Of a stretch of 64,000 nt of DNA, positions 55,561-64,000 are shown one piece after another (the first letter of the stretch is position 1; each line of letters opens with the position of its first letter). The notes beneath the pieces are model-generated. The model did not search any database. It was not told the DNA's origin and saw only the letters and a program-made list of their open reading frames with translations. The stretch is from NCBI RefSeq assembly GCF_009914755.1, contig NC_060930.1. The stretch is one strand, 5' to 3'. This stretch comes from the human T2T-CHM13v2.0 reference genome, Homo sapiens. A program made the position numbers and the translations under genes.

Positions 55561-58500
55561 CGAACACCCCGGTGTTTCTCAAATGTGCTGCTTTAATGAT
55601 TTTTTACTAAATGTGTTCCCTTTCTTTTGATAAAACTTCATTGTTTTATGTTTATGTCTACATTACCATATAGTTTTTCCCAGAAAAAGGTAAGTAAAAG
55701 TTTCTCTTCCAAATACATTAGCTCTTCCCTAAAACTTGGAAAATGAAAATTATTTTCTGTTATTTCACTGTGAGAACTAGTCTAAAAATTCAGTGTCTGA
55801 GAAAAACTAATGAGGAGAAAAACCTTTCCCAAAGAATAAAACAACATTCTCTCATCCTAGAGCTGATTTGGCTAAAAGAAAAAAAAAAGCCATATCTTCC
55901 TTTTTGTTATTTCAGGATTCAAATTAAGGCAGAAAATAATATTGGTCACAATATGCTGGTTTTGATATGATACTTCTGTGGGATTATTTTAAAGACAATT
56001 CTGGGGATATCAGGCATGACAGAAAAAAGGAAAGAGAAATTAATGAAGCATAAACATAGTCAACAATATTTTTATATTTTAGAACCAGAGAAAGGGCTGA
56101 GTAATATTTTATGGGGCTCACTATCAGCCCTAAGATAAAGGCAGAAGGAATGGAAAGGGAGAGTAGCATACAAGGAAACAGAAGCAGTATAATATAATAG
56201 AGTGGGAGGGAGAGAAAGTGGAGCAGAGAGAAAAGAATTGCGTATGGAGGGGAGGGGAAGACTGACATAGAAAATGACTTCAGCTGTCACTCAGGGTTAC
56301 CACTGCCATAACTGCCTACATTGATCTAGCTTAATCCCCTGCAGTATCACTCCCTTTTCTTTTGCTGTCAGGGGCAAAAATATAAGGGGAGGATATTTTT
56401 TACTAGATAGATTCCATTCTTACAGAATAGTTAATCTTTAACTGGATTCAAATGGGGTGTTTAATGTCTCAGATAACATGTATTCTAAAGCCAATCCAAA
56501 TTTTAGAGTGCAGAATTTGCAGTTAAAATACTTCATTGAAACCCCTTTTGACTTATTTTCTTTCTATTGATTTTAAAACTTCAACTAAAGAAAAGATTTT
56601 AAAATGCCATCTGCAATATATTTTAAATCTTGCTACAAAAAGCATTGAATCTGTTCATTTCCTAATTGCACAGTCATAATTTCATAGAATTTACTTATCC
56701 TTTCTGTTAGGCTTTGTTTATGAATATGTGCAGCATCGATTTATTCAACTTACGGTTTTTAACTGATGAGATCACTAATATGGTTCAACTGGTAAAACAT
56801 ATCGGCAGCCTGCCTGGTATCATGGGTTTGTAATAAAGGTAGGTCTAGATTTCTAGAAGGTGACTCTCAGTCCTCAGTCTTTATGAATTGGGGGGACGAA
56901 TGATCCAGGCGTTTTTTTTTTTCGCAATAAAAAGAATAAGGTACAAGAATAAGTAAGGAGTCTCCATTCATTGTGAAAATATACATAAAACAAACAATTT
57001 TTATTCATACAACACTGAGAACTGAAATGGAAATCCAGTGTAGTGGATCCTTCTATTTTGTTTTTAAACTAGATACACCTAACTCTCTTGCTTCCAGTTA
57101 TATCCAGACATTCTCGGGGAATCTCCCTTGTTTCTGTAAATAATTAGAACTGTCCCTTTTGCTAGTAAACAACATTAATTTCATTGCATTTTTATAATAT
57201 AGTCCTTAAGAAAAAGGTGTGTCTAATAGCTTCTGGTATAGACATGAGCTAAGGCCGATATTTTTACTCAGCTCAGTCAAAGAAGAGGTCTTTCTCTCTA
57301 TTATCTTAGAGACCACATACTACTACTTATTTCATTCTTTTAAAACATCAGATAAGAAATTGGAATTTCATGCTACCCTTCTGCTCTCCTTGAACGTATA
57401 GCCAAGCTGCAATGTCCATTGAGCAATTTGGCATGATTTGGACTTTCTCCTCAAACAGGATAAGACTGGAGTAATAAGGAGGGAGCAGGTCAAGATGAAG
57501 GAGGATTTGCAGTGCTGTGCTTAGATACATGAACACTGGCCTGCATTATACCTGGCTCTAGTGGAGAGTGTTATTAATCCTCCACTTTAATGAGCACCAA
57601 GCTTTCGCACAAGACTTAAAATAAATCTCCTACCAGTGTCCCTTCACAGTGTTACTGCAATTTCATGTGCTTCCATTAGACCTTGCAACTGGTAAAGAAA
57701 ATGAGACATTTCAAGGCTATTGAACACAGTGAATCAGGGCAAGTTAGTTAATATGGATTTTGTCCATAATTTTGTCAGAAAAGAAAATCGTTTGTGTGTG
57801 TGTTTTATATTCTCACTGGTTCTGTGGATCTACCTAATATTAATATCATCTAGTTGCTTATTTTGTTTATGAGAATATTATTATAATAAATTTTCTCTCA
57901 TGTTACCCAATCTAGATTAGATTCTCAACACTCTGCTCTTGGCCTTTATAGAAATTAATAAATGTTTGATGGACAAATTAATATATTTCAGGTCTTTATC
58001 CAGACTTTTGGGAAAAAATAAACATACATTTTAAGAGAAAAAAATTAAGTGTTTTTCTATGGATACAAATATGAAGCAAATATGAGCTTAAGGGGAATCA
58101 GAAAAAATATCCCTCACTTAATAAAATTGTGGTAAAATCAAAATAGGTGAATAAAATAAAATGGTTACATTTCAAATGAATGACAGATGATTGAAATTTT
58201 ATCATCTATTAAATTGGTAATAGCCACTGACTCAGAAATAGGCAACGCATTCCCTCAACAAGGTGACCTGATCTTAAACCTCATGCAGTAGAGGCCTGAA
58301 GTTATGGACTGGAAAGAACTTGTGAAGCCTGGGTAGACACTGAGTTTTTAGGAATTACAGAGCCTACATTCATGCTACAAAATTGACTCATTCTCTGGCA
58401 ATTGGTCTTCTTGCAAAAGCCGAAAACAAATTTTAAAGCTGTAAATTAAGCAATAGAAAAAGTCAGAAGAAATATGTAGCCATGTATTCTAACTTCTAGC

Positions 58501-58613
58501 CAATTAAGACCAAACATTACAGGTGCCTTTCCTTCATTATGTTAGATTTTCATGTGTTCATTAATTCATTAGTTCATTTCACTGACCTCTTGCTCTTCAC
58601 TAAAGATCTATGG

Positions 58614-58910
<297 letters not shown>

Positions 58911-61900
58911 CTAAATAAGAGGAGAAACAATGCATGTTTGGCTAAGGGAACTTGCTTTTCAGCTGAGAGGAAAGGAGACAGTATTCAGGAAATTGAAATT
59001 TATTCAAAAAGTGAAAAATGTAATCCATAGTTAAAACAATATCAAACATCTATTTTCTTTGGATTTTCAGGGAACTACCTTAACTTAGTATCATTTTGGG
59101 GAAAACTGAGGGCCAAAAAGAAGATGAGAAGAAGAATAGGAAAAGGTAGCTACTGTAAAAGACTTAGCTGCACGCTTAGGGAGGAAGGTGTTGGTAAATA
59201 AACTCCCTCAATTAATGGGTTGAATTGAGAGTCCATGGACACAATTTCTGTTCATTGGGAAAGGAATGGTTTCAGTGACCAAAATTGTAGACTAAAATTA
59301 TGTTTGATTATGATTCATGCTGTTTAGAAATAAAAATGTCTATAAAGTTATTTAAATGAGTCAAAGCCAAATAACCCTGCCTGCCATGTTTTTGAATAAT
59401 GAAATAGCAAGCAGTCTTCTTTCCCGATGATTGATATAACTGTACATGTTGTCTTTCATAAGTACCATGACAACCACTAGCTAATCTTTCATATCAGCTT
59501 TCAATATAAATTCCAACACAAATATACTAGCTTACCAACAAGTCTTTTGAGAGTTTTAATAGCACAATTTGAAAGGACAGAAACAAATTTTTGCTTTACT
59601 GCATTTTTTAGTTTATTTTTTTAAAAATTAGAGATAATATAAAATCAAAATTTAAAAAATCAAAAAATAAAAGAATGCAAAAACAAACAAATGGAAGTTA
59701 TCTGTCTTTCTATAATATTCTTTTTTAAATTATACTTTAAGTTCTGGGGTACATGTACACAACGTGCAGGTTTATTACATAGGTATACATGTGCCATGTT
59801 GGTTTACTGCACCCATCAACTCATCATTTACATTAGTATTTCTCCTAATGCTATCCCTCCCCCATCCCCCCAGCCCCCAACAGGCCCCAGTATATGATGT
59901 TCCCCTCCCTGTGTCCATGTGTTCTCATTGTTCAACTCCCACTTATTAGTGAGAACACGCAGTGCCTGGTTTTCTCTTCTTGTGTGACTTTGCTGAGAAT
60001 GATGGTTTCTAGTTTCATCCATGTCCCTGCAAAGGACAAGAACTCATTCCTTTTATGGCTGCATAGTATTTCATGGTGTATATGTGTCACATTTTCTTTA
60101 TCTAGTCTGTCATTGATGGGCATTTGGGTTGGCTCCAAGACTTTGCTATTGTGAACATTACTGTGATAAACATACATGTGCATGTGTCTTTATAGTAGAA
60201 TGATTTATAATCCTTTGGGCATATACCCAGTAATGGGATTGCTGAGTCAAATGATATTTCTGGTGCTAGATCCTTGAGGAATCGCCACACTGTCTTCCAC
60301 AATGGCTGAACTAGTTTACACTCCCACCAACAATGTAGAAGAATTTCCATTTCTCCGCATTCTCTCCAACATCTGTTGTTTACTGTCTTTTTAATGATTG
60401 CCATTCTAACTGGCGTGAGATGATATCTCATTGTGATTTGGATTTTCATTTCTCTAATGACCAGTGATGAGCATTTTTTCATAAGTTTGTTGGCTGCATA
60501 AATGTCTTCTTTTGAGAAGTGTCTGTTCATATCATTTGCCCTTTTTTTGATGGGGTTGTGTGTTTATTTCTTGTAAATTAATCTAAGTTATTTGTAGATT
60601 CTGGATATTAGCCCTTTGTCAGATGGATAGAATGCAAAAATTTTCTCCCTTTCTGTAAGTTGCCTGTTCACTCTGCTGATAGTTTCTTTTGCTGTGCAGA
60701 AACTCTTTAGTTTAATTAGATGCCATTTGTCTATTCTGGGTTTTGTTGTCACTGCTTTTGGTGTTTTAGACGTGAAGTCTTTGCCCATGCCTATGTTCTC
60801 AATAGTATTGCCTAGGTTTTCTTCTGGAGTTTTTATGGTTTTAGGTCTTATATTTAAGTGTTTAATCCATCTTGAGTTAATTTTTGTATCAGGTGTAAGG
60901 AAGGGATCCAGTTTCAGCTTTCTGTATATGGCTAGCCAGTTTTCCCAACACCATTTATTAAATAGGGAATCCTTTCCCCATTGCTTGTTTTTGTCAGATT
61001 TGCCAAAGATCAGATAGTTGTAGATGTGTGTTGTTATTTCTGAGGCCTCTGTTCTGCTCCATTGGTCTATATATCTGTTTTGGTAACAGTACCATGCTGT
61101 TTTGGTTACTGTAGCCTTGTAGTATAGTTTGAAGTCAGGTAGTGTGATGCTTCCAGCTTTGTTTTTTGCTAAGGATTGTCTTGGCTATGTGGGCTTTTTT
61201 GGTTCCATATGAAATTTAAAGTAATTTTTTCCAATTCTGTGAAGAAAGTCAGTGGTAGCTTGATGGGGATAGCATTGAATCTATAAATTACTTTGGGCAG
61301 TATGGCCATTTTCACAGTATTGATTCTTCCTAACAATGAGCATGGAATGTTGTTCCATTTGTTTGTGTCCTCTCTTATTTCCTTGAGCAGTGGTTTGTAC
61401 TTCTCCTTGAAGAGGTCCTTCACATCCCTTGTAAGTTGGATTCTTAGGTATTTTATTCTCTTTGTAGCAATTGTGAATAGAAGTTCACTCATGATTTGGC
61501 TCTCTGTTTGTCTATTATTGGTGTATAGGAATGCCTGTGATTTTTGCACATTGATTTTGTATCCTAAGGCTTTGCTGAAGTTGCATATCAGCTTAAGGAG
61601 ATTTGGGGCTGAGACGATGGGTTTTTCTAAATATACATTCATGTCCTCTGCAAACAGAGACAATTTGACTTCCTCTTTTCCTAATTGAATACCCTTTATT
61701 TCTTTCTCTTGCCTGATTGCTCTTGCCGGAACATCCAATACTATGTTGAATAGGAGCGGTGAGAGAGGGCATCCTTGTCTTGTGCTGGTTTTCAAAGGGA
61801 TTGCTTCCAGTTTTTGTCCATTCATTATGATATTGGCTGTGGGTTTGTCATAAATAGCTCTTATTATTTTGAGATACGTTCCATCAATACCTAGTTTATT

Positions 61901-62443
61901 GAGAGTTTTTAGCATGAAGGGCTGTTGAATTTTGTCAAAGGCCTTTTCTGCATCTATTGAGATATTCACGTGGTTTTTGTCGTTGGTTCTGTTTATGTGA
62001 TGGATTATGTTTATTGATTTACATATCTTGAACCAGGCTTGCATCCCAGGGATGAAGCTGACTTGATCATTGTGGATAAGCTTTTGATGTGCTGCTGGAT
62101 TCAGTTTGCCAGTATTTTATTGAGGATTTTTGCATCGATGTTCATCAGGGATATTGGTCTAAAATTCTCTTTTTTTGTTTTTGTGTCTCTGCCAGGCTTT
62201 GGTATCAGGATGATGCTGGCCTCATAAAATGAGTTAGGGTGGATTCCCTCCTTTTCTATTGATTGGAATAGTTTCAGAAGAAATGATACCAGGTCCTCTT
62301 TGTACCTCTGGTAGAATTCGGCTGTGAATTCGTCTGGTCCTGGACTTTTTTTAGTTGGTAGGCTATTAATTATTGCCTCAACTTCAGAACCTGTTATTGA
62401 TCTATTCAGAGATTTGACTTCTTCCTGTTTAGTCTTGGGAGGG

Positions 62444-62579
62444 CCAACTAAAAATACTAAACACACACTATCACCTACCTGCCTCACCAAAATTTATTAA
62501 CATGAAAAATCACAATAAACCCTGAGAGCCAAAATGAACGAAAATTTATTCACTTCATTCATTACCCCCACAATTCTAG
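62444..62579 (+). pseudogene. MT-ATP8 3' fragment (NUMT)
   Basis: Mito code from 62445: [44 protein letters not shown]. Confidence 0.93.
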
Positions 62580-62781
62580 GCCTACCTGCTGCAGTACCAA
62601 TCATCCTATTTCCCCCCTTACTGGTTCCAATTTCCAAATACCTCATCAACAACCGACTAATCACTACCCAACAATGACTAATCCAACTCATCTTAAAACA
62701 AATAATAATGATACATAACATTAAGGGACGAACCTGGTCCCTTATACTAATCTCCCTAATTATTTTTATTGCCGCAACTAA
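62534..62781 (+). pseudogene. MT-ATP6 5' fragment (NUMT), overlapping ATP8 as in mtDNA
   Basis: Mito code: [82 protein letters not shown]. Confidence 0.97.
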
Positions 62782-62821
62782 TTGTGTTCAGTTGATGCAA
62801 AGTAGGGTTTTGCAGTCCTTA
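62782..62821 (+). pseudogene. mt tRNA-Ala 3' half (NUMT)
   Basis: TTGTGTTCAGTTGATGCAAAGTAGGGTTTTGCAGTCCTTA versus remembered human TTGCGTTCAGTTGATGCAGAGTGGGGTTTTGCAGTCCTTA. Confidence 0.88.
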
Positions 62822-62828
62822 GTTGTTG

Positions 62829-62888
62829 CAGAAATTAAGTATTATTAACTTACTAAGGGCTTTGAAGGTTCTCGGTCTATGTTTAACC
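62829..62888 (-). pseudogene. mt tRNA-Trp lacking its first ~10 nt (NUMT)
   Basis: Reverse complement GGTTAAACATAGACCGAGAACCTTCAAAGCCCTTAGTAAGTTAATAATACTTAATTTCTG; TCA anticodon; 7-bp spacer to tRNA-Ala as in mtDNA. Confidence 0.9.
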
Positions 62889-63033
62889 CTCATTTACATA
62901 AACATTACACTAGCATTTACTATCTCACTTTTGGGAATACTAATCTACTGCTCACACCTAATATCCTCCCTGCTATGCCTAGAAGGGATAATGCTATCAC
63001 TATTCATCATAACTACCCTCACAACTCTTAACA

Positions 63034-63035
<2 letters not shown>
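62887..63035 (+). pseudogene. MT-ND4L 5' half (NUMT)
   Basis: Mito code: [49 protein letters not shown]. Confidence 0.95.
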
Positions 63036-63455
<420 letters not shown>

Positions 63456-64000
63456 TCAAAAAACCAGTTCCTGGGTTCATTAATTTTTTGAAGGATTTTT
63501 TGTGTCTCTATCTCCTTCAGTTCTACTCCGATCTTAGTTATTTCTTGTCTTCTGCTAGTTTTTGAATTTGTTTCCTCTCGCTTCTCTAGTTCTTTTAATT
63601 GTGACATTAGGGTGTTGATTTTAGATCTTTCCTGCTTTCTCTTGTGGGCATTTAGTGCTATCAGTTTGCCTCTACACACTGCTTTAAATGTGTCCCAGAG
63701 ATTCTGGTACGTTGTGTCTTTGTTGTCATTGGTTTCAAAGAACATCTTTATTTCTGCCTTAATTTCGTTATATACCCAGTAGCCATTCAGGAGCAGGTTG
63801 TTCAGTTTCCATGTAGTTGAGTGGTTTTGAGTGTGTTTCTTAATTTTGAGTTCTAATTTGATTGCACTGTGCTCTGAGTGACAGTTTGCTGTGATTTCTT
63901 TTCTTTTACATTTGCTGGAGTGTTTTACTTCCAATTATGTGGTCAATTTTAGAAAAAGTGCTATGTGGTGCGGAGAAGAATGTATATTCTGTTGATTTGG

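Noticed and set aside
61169-62044. Functional reverse transcriptase gene
   Set aside because: It is an L1 ORF2 fragment bounded by frameshifts, with the catalytic FADD mutated to FAED.
62101-62490. Chimeric ORF from antisense ATP8 into L1 ORF2
   Set aside because: It starts at TTG, stops after 129 codons at an L1 lesion, and has no promoter evidence.

Overview
This is AT-rich simian primate nuclear DNA (human or ape-like), not prokaryotic sequence. It looks intronic or intergenic, and I recognise no intact protein-coding gene. The window is dominated by interspersed repeats: about 10 Alus (J, S and Y types), three larger L1s, L2/MIR relics, MaLR and MLT2 LTRs, and Tigger-family DNA transposons, including a near full-length Tigger1. 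The standout is an 818-bp mosaic NUMT (62444-63261) inside ORF2 of an L1PA element. It joins four non-contiguous mtDNA pieces in alternating orientation (ATP8/ATP6, tRNA-Ala/Trp, ND4L, COX1) through 2-bp microhomologies, with no target-site duplication. A perfect 37-bp minisatellite built from two hairpins (36578-36786) and several fold-back or template-switch scars are also present. There is a repeat-free, motif-dense candidate enhancer block (about 14.4-15.4 kb) and a few candidate + strand small exons. Repeat subfamily names and mtDNA comparisons come from remembered consensus sequences and need RepeatMasker/BLAST confirmation. I see no evidence of a new multi-gene system.
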